NCBI GenBank assembly: GCA_002694745.1
Contig: NZMY01000050.1
Coordinates: 196,630-260,629 of the forward strand
Direction of reading: 5' to 3'
Source: Croceicoccus sp.
Lineage (GTDB): Bacteria; Pseudomonadota; Alphaproteobacteria; Sphingomonadales; Sphingomonadaceae
DNA length: 64,000 nt
Translations under genes and position numbers: made by a program
Shown here: positions 47,608 to 59,096 of the stretch, one piece after another
How the letters are laid out: the number at the start of each line of letters is the position of its first letter
Numbering within the stretch: position 1 is the first letter of the stretch
Notes under the pieces: model-generated
Seen by the model: the letters and a program-made list of their open reading frames with translations, nothing else
Told to the model about the DNA's origin: nothing
Databases searched by the model: none

Positions 47608-49035
47608 ATGTTTGGCGCGCTGGCCATGGTGCTGGCGGTAACCGGCTGCGGCGGCGGTAGCGGCGAGTCGAACGGTACGCCTGTCGTTGTTTCGCCTAGT
47701 CCAACGCCATCATCTAGCCCCACGCCCACAAGTTCAAACTGCTCCCTTTCTGCACGACAGGACTGGGCAAGATCGGTTTTGAGCGAATGGTATTTGTTTC
47801 CCGATCTGATCGACAGCGACGTCAGGAAATCGGACTATAACGACCTTCAGTCCTATATCGATGCATTGGTCGCACCTGCCTATCAGCAGGAAAAGGATCG
47901 CGGGTGGACTTATCTCACCTCGATCGAGGAGGAGGAAGCCTATTATAGCAGTGGTTCGACGCAGGGCTTCGGTATGCTGCTGGTGTTCGAGGACTCAATT
48001 AACAGATTGAGAGTCCGCGAAGCATTCGAAAATGCGCCTGCGTTTGCTGCCGGCATTGACCGGGGGACCGAAATCTTGGCAGCCGGCCGTACCGCAGAAT
48101 CGATGAAATTGATCGCCGACATGAACAATGATGAATTAATAGATGCCCTGTTACCTGATGACGGAAGTAGCCGGGTAATCCGCTTTATGACGCGAGAGCC
48201 AGTTGCGGGCGAATATACGTTTCAGAAGACTATCACCCCCGCCGATTACAATATCGAGCCCTTATCGCCGCGTTATGGCTATAGAGTATTTTCGGATAGA
48301 TTTGGCAAGACCGGCTATATCCATTTGCGGAGTTTCATTGGACCCGCAGAAGATAGTCTGCGCGAAGCGTTTCGGGATATGGGTGAGCAGGGCGTCGACA
48401 GAATTATGATCGACGTGCGTTATAATGGCGGCGGTCTTGTGCGAACCGCGAATATCTTGGCAGATTTGATGAACAAGGGGCGCGAGGGGCAACTGTGGTC
48501 AAGACTGGAATTGCGTAACAGCAAGTCAGCAAACAATGAAGATTTTCTGTTCGGGGTCGAAGCCCATGCGCTTTCGCCCGACAAGATCGCTTTTATCGCT
48601 ACGGATTCTAGTGCTTCGGCTTCTGAATTGATCATGAACGGGCAGATCCCCTACTCCGGCGGCGATACTGTGCTTGTGGGCACTAACACCTATGGGAAAC
48701 CGGTCGGCCAATATGCCTTCGATCTTGAAGCTTGCGACGATCGCCTACGGGTCGTCACGTTCCGGACGGTAAACGCCGACGGCAATGCCGATTACTTCGG
48801 TGGCATGGCCAGCGCCATGCCCAACACCTGCGCCGCAAGGGATAACCTCGACTATCCGCTCGGTTCACTACTTGAAACTCTGGTTCTCGACGCGCAAGCT
48901 TGGTTGAATTACGGCACATGCTACCCGCCGATCACGGCAACAGCCGGCACGCAGGCTACCCGATCGGTTCGCAGGAAAGTGCCAATGCCCAAGCAGCCAA
49001 ACATCGCCCAGATCGAGACACCCGGCCTGTTCTGA
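47608..49035 (+). CDS. S41-family peptidase, predicted lipoprotein
   Basis: Lipobox LAVTGC, DVRYNGGGLV, TDSSASASEL, TYGKP. Visibly AT-richer codon usage than neighbouring genes. Confidence 0.78.
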   Translation: MFGALAMVLAVTGCGGGSGESNGTPVVVSPSPTPSSSPTPTSSNCSLSARQDWARSVLSEWYLFPDLIDSDVRKSDYNDLQSYIDALVAPAYQQEKDRGWTYLTSIEEEEAYYSSGSTQGFGMLLVFEDSINRLRVREAFENAPAFAAGIDRGTEILAAGRTAESMKLIADMNNDELIDALLPDDGSSRVIRFMTREPVAGEYTFQKTITPADYNIEPLSPRYGYRVFSDRFGKTGYIHLRSFIGPAEDSLREAFRDMGEQGVDRIMIDVRYNGGGLVRTANILADLMNKGREGQLWSRLELRNSKSANNEDFLFGVEAHALSPDKIAFIATDSSASASELIMNGQIPYSGGDTVLVGTNTYGKPVGQYAFDLEACDDRLRVVTFRTVNADGNADYFGGMASAMPNTCAARDNLDYPLGSLLETLVLDAQAWLNYGTCYPPITATAGTQATRSVRRKVPMPKQPNIAQIETPGLF

Positions 49036-49110
49036 TCGGAGTGTAAGAGACAATTTCGCGTTATGCCCTAGTTGCAAGCCGCGCATTAAGCGCCCAAATT
49101 CGCCCTCAAG

Positions 49111-51204
<2,094 letters not shown>

Positions 51205-51207
51205 GAT

Positions 51208-52182
51208 CTATTCCGCGACCTCACGCACCGGCAGCGGTATTGCGCAGACATCGGTGTCGCCCGCGGTGACGGTATAGAACGCATTCGTGCCGGTCGCGAA
51301 CACATCAGCCATGCGGGCAAAGCTCTCGCTCTCGGTCGACAGGTACTCGAAGCGCGGCGCATCCTCCATCTCGCTGGCAAGGCGGACAGAAACGATGGGC
51401 GTGCGGGTTGCCGTGTCCTCATAGGTGTTCATCCGGCCATGGCCGCGCGGCAGGGATGCGAAATGTTCCATGCCTTCGATCACCCGTCCGACCACGGCGA
51501 GATTGCGGTCCAGCCTACGCGGGGCATGGCCGATGATGGCGTAAAGTTCGCTGCCCGTGCCGGTATCGGGCGCTTCGTTCCGCCCCACGCCGACCATGCC
51601 ATAGCAATGGATCGGCCAGATGCTGTCGGCGTTCCATGCAACCGGCCAGCCTTCGCGAAAACCGGCGGCCGCGGCGAAGTTGTCGCAGATGGCGCGCACG
51701 CTGAATGTGCCAGACGCGCAGGGGTCCGCATCCGGAGCGCCCGGACCCGGCCGATGGATGTAGTCGCTTTGGGGCGGCGTAACGATCCCCGCAGGCAGGG
51801 GGCGGGGGGTCTCGCCGCTGTCCGGATCGCTGGCAGGATCGCCCCATTGCACCACGAAATTGTCGACCAGCCGATAGACCCACAACCCATCGTACCAGCG
51901 GGCCCGCGTCAATGTGCGAAGATTGTCGACCCAGCCCTGCGCGAAGGGCTCGCTCATCAGGCGAATGACGATTCGTCGTTCCTCACCCGCTGCGGTCGGC
52001 GCAAGCGTCACGATCATCAGATCTTCGGGCGCGATTTCGGTCCATTGCCCGGCCGGGGCGGCATCGGCAATTTCCCGGGGCGTGGGGGCGGGGCGGTCAG
52101 CCTCCTGCGCGGCGGCGGATGGCAGCATGGCAAGAGTAAGTGTCGCGGCGACGGCGGTGAGGGCGAGCGATCGTTTCATCAC
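51208..52182 (-). CDS. Cyclophilin-type peptidyl-prolyl isomerase-like protein with signal peptide
   Basis: Signal MMKRSLALTAVAATLTLAMLPSAAA. VDNFVVQWGDP and GSELYAIIGH...VVGRVIEGME resemble cyclophilin motifs. Confidence 0.7.
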   Translation of the reverse strand: MMKRSLALTAVAATLTLAMLPSAAAQEADRPAPTPREIADAAPAGQWTEIAPEDLMIVTLAPTAAGEERRIVIRLMSEPFAQGWVDNLRTLTRARWYDGLWVYRLVDNFVVQWGDPASDPDSGETPRPLPAGIVTPPQSDYIHRPGPGAPDADPCASGTFSVRAICDNFAAAAGFREGWPVAWNADSIWPIHCYGMVGVGRNEAPDTGTGSELYAIIGHAPRRLDRNLAVVGRVIEGMEHFASLPRGHGRMNTYEDTATRTPIVSVRLASEMEDAPRFEYLSTESESFARMADVFATGTNAFYTVTAGDTDVCAIPLPVREVAE

Positions 52183-52342
52183 TCCATGATGGCACTGTCG
52201 TCACTTCGCGAAAAGAGGTTTGGACATGTGGCGATTCGCGCTGCCGGATCGGTCAACACACTCGAAATTGCCATCTGCCTGCCAGTACCGGCCATCGCTG
52301 GAAATTTTTCGACATGGCCAGTTAAGGCCCCCTTTCGCGGCT

Positions 52343-52381
52343 GCAAAAAGCGACCGGAAAGGCCCGGCGAAGCGTTTTTGC
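52343..52381 (-). terminator. Hairpin with U-run downstream of tRNA-Val
   Basis: Minus strand reads GCAAAAACGC..CCGG GCCTTT CCGG..GCTTTTTGC, an imperfect long stem ending in a T5 run. Confidence 0.45.
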
Positions 52382-52402
52382 CCTGCGACTCGAAAAGGGA
52401 AA

Positions 52403-52478
52403 TGGTGGGCGGTGAGGGGCTCGAACCCCCGACCCTCTCGGTGTAAACGAGATGCTCTACCAGCTGAGCTAACCGCCC
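52403..52478 (-). tRNA. tRNA-Val (anticodon UAC), CCA encoded
   Basis: Reverse complement GGGCGGTTAGCTCAGCTGGTAGAGCATCTCGTTTACACCGAGAGGGTCGGGGGTTCGAGCCCCTCACCGCCCACCA folds as a 76-nt cloverleaf. Anticodon loop is TTTACAC. Confidence 0.95.
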
Positions 52479-52507
52479 GGCGGCCTTTCGGCGCCATTAC
52501 GAGGGCC

Positions 52508-52535
52508 GATTTAGACGCTTTTTCGCGCGCGTCAA
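52508..52535 (-). promoter_or_regulatory. Candidate sigma-70 promoter for tRNA-Val (TTGACG-N16-TAAATC)
   Basis: The reverse complement of 52508-52535 gives TTGACGcgcgcgaaaaagcgtcTAAATC, about 30 nt upstream of the tRNA 5' end. Confidence 0.45.
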
Positions 52536-52683
52536 TCGGGCTCCTTTTTTCGCACTCGCAGCACGGATCGAGGAATGTCCACGTCGAAAAGTTTACTTGC
52601 TGTTAACACTTTTGGGTGAGAATGAGCAGGTAAGAGATTTGGGAATGCCCGCCGCTGAGCGGGCCACGACGGAAGGATTGGAA

Positions 52684-52794
52684 ATGGACGAAACGTCACG
52701 CCTCGCGCGCCAGTGTGCCTACACTTTCATGGTCCTGCGCGTCGTGCCCGCGATGGTAGTCGCCACCTCGCTGGGACTGCTTTGGGTCCGCTGA
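52684..52794 (+). CDS. Possible 36-aa membrane peptide
   Basis: ggaaggattggaaATG. MDETSRLARQCAYTFMVLRVVPAMVVATSLGLLWVR. Followed by an intrinsic terminator. Third-position G+C is about 80 percent by hand count. Confidence 0.4.
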   Translation: MDETSRLARQCAYTFMVLRVVPAMVVATSLGLLWVR

Positions 52795-52833
52795 TCCTGC
52801 GGGCGGATTTCCGCTCGTGCGAATGAATTGACC

Positions 52834-52866
52834 GACCGCCGCGATCCAATCGCGGCGGTCGTTTTC
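52834..52866 (+). terminator. Intrinsic terminator (11-bp stem plus T-run)
   Basis: gaccgccgcga tccaa tcgcggcggtc followed by gtttt. It lies between the converging small ORF and the TlpA-like gene. Confidence 0.65.
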
Positions 52867-52869
52867 ATG

Positions 52870-53451
52870 TCATCCTTCGGCCAAAGCCAGCATCTCGGCC
52901 GTTTCGGCGCTGGTCCAGTCGTGCTCTCCGATCATGCGCCAGACTTCCTTGCCCTGCGCATCGTAATAGATCGTAAGCGGCAGTACGCCCCCGCCATAGG
53001 CGAACCCCAGATTGTTCTCGCTGTCGAGCCAGGGTTCCAGATTGGCGAATGTCTGCTCTTCGAAGAAGGGCTCCACCACTTCGGCGCCCTGCATATCCTG
53101 CGACACGGTGAGCACTTTCAGCGATCCCTCGCGCTCGCCCGCCAGCTGTTCGAGCATCGGCATCTCGAGCTTGCAGGGCCCGCACCAGGTCGCCCATAGA
53201 TTGATGAGCAGCGGCTGGCCGGTGAATTCCGCCAGCTTCTTCTGCGTACCGTCGGGCAGGCTGATGCTGAAATCGGGCAGCACCTCGCCCGCATGGCTTT
53301 CGTCCATCACGCCGGCCTGCGGGGCGGGCTGGGCGCTTTGTGCGGCCTCGCCTTGCTGCGGAGCCTCGCTTTGACTATCGCACGCGCCAAGCGAGAAGGC
53401 GGCTGCGACGGCCAGCATTCCCGGCAGATAAGAAGGTGTGCGATTGAACAT
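52870..53451 (-). CDS. TlpA-family thiol:disulfide oxidoreductase, lipoprotein
   Basis: Lipobox FSLGAC and thioredoxin motif [11 protein letters not shown] at 53451 lies inside the longer track ORF. Confidence 0.85.
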   Translation of the reverse strand: MFNRTPSYLPGMLAVAAAFSLGACDSQSEAPQQGEAAQSAQPAPQAGVMDESHAGEVLPDFSISLPDGTQKKLAEFTGQPLLINLWATWCGPCKLEMPMLEQLAGEREGSLKVLTVSQDMQGAEVVEPFFEEQTFANLEPWLDSENNLGFAYGGGVLPLTIYYDAQGKEVWRMIGEHDWTSAETAEMLALAEG

Positions 53452-54886
53452 GGGCGATTCCGGCTCCGATAAGGGTAAGGCTGCAAACCAGATGTGGGGC
53501 GGGCGCTTTGCCGAAGGCCCGTCCGCGATCATGCGCGAGATAAACGCGTCCATCCCCTTCGACAAGGCGCTGTGGCGGCAGGATATCCGAGCGTCCAAGG
53601 CGCATGTCGCCATGCTGGGCGCGCAGGGCATCGTTTCGGCGGATGACATGAACGCGATCACCGAAGGCCTCGACAAGGTGGCCGCGGAATATGAAGCGAA
53701 TGGCGTGCCCGAGAACTGGGACCTCGAAGACATCCACATGGTGACCGAGGACCGGCTGACCCAGCTGATCGGCGCAGCGGCCGGACGGCTCCACACCGCG
53801 CGCAGCCGCAACGATCAGGTGGCGACCGACTTCAAGCTTTGGGTGCGCGACGCGCTGGATCAGACCGATGCGGGGCTGGCGGCGCTGCAACGCGCACTGG
53901 TGACGCGCGCGGGCGAGCATGCGGGCAGCATCATGCCGGGCTTTACCCATCTGCAGACTGCGCAGCCGGTGACGCTGGGCCACCATCTGATGGCCTATTA
54001 CGAGATGTTTCGGCGCGACCGCTCGCGCCTGATGGATGCGCGCGCGCGCATGAACGAATGTCCCTTGGGCAGCGCGGCGCTGGCGGGCACGGGCTTTCCG
54101 ATCGACCGGCAGGCGACCTGCGAAGCGCTGGATTTCGCCAAGCCGACCGACAACAGCCTCGACGCCGTGTCCGACCGCGATTTCGCGCTCGACTATCTGC
54201 AGGCCGCCAGCCAGATCGCGCTGCATCTGTCGCGTCTGGCGGAGGAGCTGGTGCTATGGGCCAGCCAGCCCTTCGGCTTCGTTCGGCTGCCCGATACGCT
54301 GTCGACCGGCAGCTCGATCATGCCGCAGAAGAAGAACCCCGACGCCGCCGAACTGGTGCGCGGCCATGCGGGGCGCGTGACCGGCTGTCTGATGAGCCTG
54401 ATGATGACGATGAAGGGCCTGCCGCTCGCCTATTCCAAGGACATGCAGGACGACAAGCCGCCGGTGTTCGAGGCGCATGGCCTGCTGGCGCTCTCCATCG
54501 CCGCGACCGAGGGTATGATCGCGGGCGCGACGTTCCGCACCGACCGGATGCGCAGCGCAGCGGAGCAGGGCTATGCCACCGCGACCGACCTTGCCGACTG
54601 GCTGGTGCGCGAAGGCGATATTCCTTTCCGCGAGGCGCATCACATCACCGGCGCGGCGGTCAAGCTGGCCGAGAGCCGGGGCATCGCGCTCGACGCGCTC
54701 AGCATGGACGATCTGAAAGGCATCGACGCGCGTATCGACGAGCGGGTCTACAAGGCGCTGTCGGTCGATTCCTCGGTCGCGGCGCGCGCCAGCCATGGCG
54801 GAACCGCGCCCGCGCAGGTAAGGCTGCGTGTCGCCGATGCGCGCCGCGCGCTCGGCATGCCCGAAACCGGGAACGGGGAGGACTGA
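53450..54886 (+). CDS. argH: Argininosuccinate lyase
   Basis: [29 protein letters not shown]. Start is ambiguous: GTG at 53438, ATG at 53450 or ATG at 53492. Confidence 0.93.
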   Translation: MGDSGSDKGKAANQMWGGRFAEGPSAIMREINASIPFDKALWRQDIRASKAHVAMLGAQGIVSADDMNAITEGLDKVAAEYEANGVPENWDLEDIHMVTEDRLTQLIGAAAGRLHTARSRNDQVATDFKLWVRDALDQTDAGLAALQRALVTRAGEHAGSIMPGFTHLQTAQPVTLGHHLMAYYEMFRRDRSRLMDARARMNECPLGSAALAGTGFPIDRQATCEALDFAKPTDNSLDAVSDRDFALDYLQAASQIALHLSRLAEELVLWASQPFGFVRLPDTLSTGSSIMPQKKNPDAAELVRGHAGRVTGCLMSLMMTMKGLPLAYSKDMQDDKPPVFEAHGLLALSIAATEGMIAGATFRTDRMRSAAEQGYATATDLADWLVREGDIPFREAHHITGAAVKLAESRGIALDALSMDDLKGIDARIDERVYKALSVDSSVAARASHGGTAPAQVRLRVADARRALGMPETGNGED

Positions 54887-54887
54887 G

Positions 54888-55130
54888 ATGCGTCTCGTGA
54901 TCACGCTCGCCCTTGCGGCACTGGCCGTCACCGGCTGCGCGCGCCAGACCGAATTGAAACCGGCCCCCGGCAACGACCTTCCGCCCACGCCCTATGGCGC
55001 GGCGATCCAGCCGGAGGCGGAAGAGCTGCTCGAACGCCCGGTGCAGGCTGCGCCAGAGCGCAATGTCGAGCTTCGCACGAGATCCGAACCGCGCGAGGAA
55101 GACCCGTTCGACCTCCCGCCCGAAGGCTGA
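54888..55130 (+). CDS. Small lipoprotein (80 aa), possibly LptM/YifL-like
   Basis: MRLVITLALAALAVTGC lipobox. SD ggggagga. Lies between argH and lysA. Confidence 0.6.
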   Translation: MRLVITLALAALAVTGCARQTELKPAPGNDLPPTPYGAAIQPEAEELLERPVQAAPERNVELRTRSEPREEDPFDLPPEG

Positions 55131-55136
55131 TTACCC

Positions 55137-56393
55137 TTGGACCATTTTCATTATCACAATGGCGAGCTTCATGCCGAGGACGTGCCGCTGGCGCGTATCG
55201 CGCAGCAGGTCGGCACGCCGGTCTATGTCTATTCGCGCGCGACGCTGGAACGCCATGCGCAGGTCTTCCGCGAGGGACTGAGTGAATTGCCGAGCGTGCA
55301 CCTGGCCTTCGCGGTGAAATCCAACCCCAACCTCGCGGTGCTGAAGGTGCTGAAGGAGCAGGGCTTCGGCGCCGATGTCGTGTCCGAGGGCGAGATGCGC
55401 CGCGCGCTGGCGGCGGGCATTCCCGCGGCGGATATCGTGTTCTCGGGCGTCGGCAAGACGCGCCGTGAACTGGCCGCCGCGCTTGAGGCGCGTATCGGGC
55501 AGTTCAATCTGGAGTCCGAGGAAGAGGGCGAGGAGCTTGCTGCGCTGGCCGCCGAACGCGGCGTGACGGCGCCCTGTGCGCTGCGCGTGAACCCCGATGT
55601 CGAGGCGGGGACCCATGCCAAGATCTCGACCGGCAAGGCCGAGAACAAGTTCGGCGTGCCCTATGACCGCGCTGCGGAAATGTTCGATCGGCTGGCGCGC
55701 CTGCCCGGCATGAACCTGCGCGGGCTGGCGGTGCATATCGGCAGCCAGTTGCAGAGCCTCGAGCCGCTGGAGGCCGCCTTCACCCGCATGGGTGCGCTGA
55801 TGGAGGCGATACGCGCCGAGGGGCACCACATCACCCACATGGACCTGGGCGGCGGCGTCGGCGTCCCCTACCGCGAGGGCGAGCAATTTCCGTCGCCCGC
55901 CGATTATGGCGCGATGGTCGCGCGGATCTGCAAGGATTGGAACGTCACGCTGATGTTCGAGCCGGGGCGCGTCATTACCGGCAATTCGGGCGTGCTCGTC
56001 ACCGAAGTCATCCGCGTCAAGCAAGGCGTCACCGCGCCCTTCGTGGTGGTCGATGCGGCGATGAACGATCTTGCGCGCCCCGCCATGTATGATGCGTGGC
56101 ACGATTTCGCCGCCGTGCGGCCCACGAATGAGAGCTTTACCGCCAGCGTCGTCGGCCCGATCTGCGAATCGAGCGACGTCTTTGCCAAGGACCGAGACGT
56201 CGATGCGGTAAAGGCGGGCGACCTCGCCGTGTTCCGCACCGCTGGCGCCTATGGCGCGACGATGGCGAACACCTACAACTCGCGCCCTTTGGTGCCCGAG
56301 GTACTGGTCAGCGGCGACAGGTTCGCGGTGGTGGCGGACCGGATCGACCCGGCGGCCATCCTCGCCGCCGAGCGCGTGCCGGACTGGCTGTGA
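55137..56393 (+). CDS. lysA: Diaminopimelate decarboxylase
   Basis: FAVKSNPN (PLP Lys), HIGSQ, DLGGGVGVPY, VVGPICESSD. Confidence 0.95.
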   Translation: MDHFHYHNGELHAEDVPLARIAQQVGTPVYVYSRATLERHAQVFREGLSELPSVHLAFAVKSNPNLAVLKVLKEQGFGADVVSEGEMRRALAAGIPAADIVFSGVGKTRRELAAALEARIGQFNLESEEEGEELAALAAERGVTAPCALRVNPDVEAGTHAKISTGKAENKFGVPYDRAAEMFDRLARLPGMNLRGLAVHIGSQLQSLEPLEAAFTRMGALMEAIRAEGHHITHMDLGGGVGVPYREGEQFPSPADYGAMVARICKDWNVTLMFEPGRVITGNSGVLVTEVIRVKQGVTAPFVVVDAAMNDLARPAMYDAWHDFAAVRPTNESFTASVVGPICESSDVFAKDRDVDAVKAGDLAVFRTAGAYGATMANTYNSRPLVPEVLVSGDRFAVVADRIDPAAILAAERVPDWL

Positions 56394-57169
56394 ACTCGCT
56401 GCCGCTCTTCCACCGCATCGCGGATCGCAAGGTCGTGGTGCTGGGCATGGGCGAGGCGGCAGATGCCAAGCGCCGGCTGGTCGAGCGGGCAGGCGGCATC
56501 TGCGTGGGCGAGGCGGAGGCGCATCATGCGCAGCTGGCTTTCGTGGTCCTGGACGACGAGGTTGAGGCGAAGGCCGCGGCGATGCGGCTGCGGGGCAAAG
56601 GCCTGATCGTCAATGTGACCGACCGGCCAGCCTTGTGCGATTTTACCGTCCCCTCGATCGTCGACCGCGATCCGGTGATTGTGGCGGTCGGCACCGGTGG
56701 CGCATCGGCAGGCATGGCAAAGATGCTGCGGTTGCGGCTCGAACGGTTCCTGCCCCAGACTTTGGGCTTGCTGGCGCGGCAATTATCGGCGGGCCGGGAC
56801 ATGATCCGCGCGCGCTTTCCCACCGCGGACCAGCGGCGGCGCGCGCTGGATGCGGCCCTGCGCGAGGGCGGTCCGCTCGATCCGATGGCCACCCATGACG
56901 GGAATGCCGTCGCGCGCTGGCTGGAAGGCGAAAGCGCGGACGCCGAGCGGGGACGATATGAGATCGTGCTGCGATCGGACGACCCGGACGACCTTACCCT
57001 GCGCGAGGCAAGATGGCTGGGCGGGGCGGATGTCGTCGTGCACGATCCCGACGTGCCGCAATCGATACTCGTCCGCGCCCGCGCCGACGCCGTGCGCCTG
57101 CCGAGCGAGGAAAACGGCCCGGCATTAGCGCCCGATGCATTGACGATTGCGATTCGAAAGAAGCGATAA
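56390..57169 (+). CDS. CysG N-terminal-type protein (precorrin-2 dehydrogenase/sirohydrochlorin ferrochelatase-like) with truncated, degenerate methyltransferase-like tail
   Basis: LPLFHRIADRKVVVLGMGEAADAKRRL Rossmann motif, then NVTDRPALCDFTVPSIVDRDPVIVAVGTGGASAGMAK. GTG start overlaps the lysA stop (GTGA). Confidence 0.7.
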   Translation: MNSLPLFHRIADRKVVVLGMGEAADAKRRLVERAGGICVGEAEAHHAQLAFVVLDDEVEAKAAAMRLRGKGLIVNVTDRPALCDFTVPSIVDRDPVIVAVGTGGASAGMAKMLRLRLERFLPQTLGLLARQLSAGRDMIRARFPTADQRRRALDAALREGGPLDPMATHDGNAVARWLEGESADAERGRYEIVLRSDDPDDLTLREARWLGGADVVVHDPDVPQSILVRARADAVRLPSEENGPALAPDALTIAIRKKR

Positions 57170-57180
57170 AGTATCAGACT

Positions 57181-57456
57181 ATGTCACTTGATATTGCGCG
57201 GCATTCGATCCTCGGCAAAGCGCTGCGCATGGAAGTGAACACGCCTGACGGGGCCGACGATCCCGAAGCTCTTCGTCACGCCGCCAATAATTGCCGGCAC
57301 ATGCTGCAGGTCCTCGAGCGCAAGCTCGCGGAGGCGGACGCCTTTCTGCGCGAGGGCGAGCCCGACCGTTGCCGTCAGGTTCTGGGCTATTTGCAGCAGG
57401 CGTTTCCCGAAGTGATCGCGGCACTCGATCCCGGCCGTCATCGCAATCCGAACTAG
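57181..57456 (+). CDS. Hypothetical protein (91 aa)
   Basis: ATG at 57181, 12 nt after the previous stop. No family recognised. Third-position G+C is only moderate. Confidence 0.4.
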   Translation: MSLDIARHSILGKALRMEVNTPDGADDPEALRHAANNCRHMLQVLERKLAEADAFLREGEPDRCRQVLGYLQQAFPEVIAALDPGRHRNPN

Positions 57457-57465
57457 CCCGGCAGT

Positions 57466-57939
57466 TCAATCCAGTCCGGGCGCGGACAGGGCGTCGATCG
57501 CGGCCTGAAGAATGATTGCGGCCGCATGGCTGTCGATCCGCTCCGCACGGCGGGCGCGGCTCATGTCCTGCTCGATCATGGCGCGTTCTGCGCCCGCGGT
57601 GGACAGGCGCTCGTCCCACAGCAGGATCGGCAGCGCGAACGCGGCGTCGAGGTTGCGGGCGAGTGCGCGCGCGGCCTGAGCGCGCGGGCCCTCGCTGCCG
57701 TCCATGTTCTTGGCAAGGCCGATCACGATCCCCGCCACCTTGCGCTGGGTTATCTGCGCCGCGAGCGCCTCTTTCAACGCGCCGAACTTGCCGCGCGGCA
57801 TTGTCTTGCCCGCCGTCGCGAATCGCCAGCCCGCATCGCACAGCGCCACGCCGACCGTCTTCGTACCCGGATCCAGCCCGATCAGCATGCCGCCATCGGG
57901 AAGCGCGTCGGAAAATGCGCGCGCGGTCTCGACGATCAT
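57466..57939 (-). CDS. ruvX: Holliday junction resolvase-like RuvX (YqgF)
   Basis: LIGLDPGTKTVGVALCD...ERLSTAGAER...IDSHAAAIILQ. Confidence 0.9.
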   Translation of the reverse strand: MIVETARAFSDALPDGGMLIGLDPGTKTVGVALCDAGWRFATAGKTMPRGKFGALKEALAAQITQRKVAGIVIGLAKNMDGSEGPRAQAARALARNLDAAFALPILLWDERLSTAGAERAMIEQDMSRARRAERIDSHAAAIILQAAIDALSAPGLD

Positions 57940-59063
57940 GACGCTGCCGGAACGGCCTTTGCGTAACCCGCTTCGCGCCGCGCCACGTCGGCGCGCAGAT
58001 TGGCCCAGAACAGCGGTATGTCATAGACGTGGTAATTATTGCCGGGCAGCACGGCATTGCCCATCTCTGGCGGATCGCCGATCAGCAATATGCCGCGCGG
58101 ATCGCATTTGGCGGGCACCGCGCCGGTGACGATGCGGCCTCCGGTCAGGCCTTCGTCGGGCACCAGCGTCCCCAGATTGTCCTCCATCGGCGCTTCGCCG
58201 CCGACGCCGCCGGTCAGCGGGTTCGAGCACCGCACGTTTTCGGGCAGCTTGGGCACGCCGTCGAGGTCGGGGCCGCGTGCATAGGCCTCCAGCAAAGCTT
58301 CCGGATTGGCGGGGTCGGCAAAGCTCTGCCAGCTCATCACGCAGCCGGCCTGTGCGGGCGTGGCGCAAGCGGGCATGCCCATCGCGGGAAGGTCGACCTC
58401 GGTCGATACCGGCCAGCCGATCACATAGGCCGCCACTATCCGCGAGGCGAGCGGCGTGCCGGCGACCTTCTCCTTGATCAGGCGGATCAGGTGCAGCGAT
58501 CCCTGGCTGTGACCCGCAAGCACGATGGGTGCATCCTGCGGGATCGACTGGACGAAATAGTCGAAGGCCTGCGCCACATCGGCATAGGCGGCATCGACGG
58601 CGCGCTTCGCCTGAGGCTTTTGCGTCAGGAAAGCGCCCACGGCGGCCTGCCGGTAGCGCGGCGCCCACAGCTGGATCGAGCGATTGAACGGGCTGGCCAT
58701 GCCGCGCACGAATAATTCGGCCCCGCTGCGGCCGTCCGCATCGTCCAGCGGCGCGTTCCAGTGGTCGGTCGCGGTATAGCTGGTCGGGTGAACGAAAAAC
58801 ACCGCGCTGTCGGATGCGCCCCCTTCTTCGACGAAGCCTTCGGGCAGGAACCTGGCGGGATTGCTTTCGCCCATGCCCGGACGCGAAATCCACATCGCCG
58901 GGTCTTCATAGGCATTGTCCTGCAACGCGGCCTGTTCCTCGAACTCGCCCGAGGGAACAAATACGAGTTCGGTCAGCTCGCGCGACCAGAAGCTGAGCGC
59001 GATGCCGCCCGCGATGACCACCACCACCAGAAACGCGATGACGTAGAGAAACTTGCGCGCCAT
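57936..59063 (-). CDS. DUF3089-like alpha/beta-hydrolase family protein, N-terminal TM anchor
   Basis: GHSQG nucleophile elbow and N-terminal TM segment. 4-nt overlap with ruvX. Confidence 0.65.
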   Translation of the reverse strand: MARKFLYVIAFLVVVVIAGGIALSFWSRELTELVFVPSGEFEEQAALQDNAYEDPAMWISRPGMGESNPARFLPEGFVEEGGASDSAVFFVHPTSYTATDHWNAPLDDADGRSGAELFVRGMASPFNRSIQLWAPRYRQAAVGAFLTQKPQAKRAVDAAYADVAQAFDYFVQSIPQDAPIVLAGHSQGSLHLIRLIKEKVAGTPLASRIVAAYVIGWPVSTEVDLPAMGMPACATPAQAGCVMSWQSFADPANPEALLEAYARGPDLDGVPKLPENVRCSNPLTGGVGGEAPMEDNLGTLVPDEGLTGGRIVTGAVPAKCDPRGILLIGDPPEMGNAVLPGNNYHVYDIPLFWANLRADVARREAGYAKAVPAAS

Positions 59064-59096
59064 TAATAACCCTTGTTCGCTAACCTTGGTGTTCGC

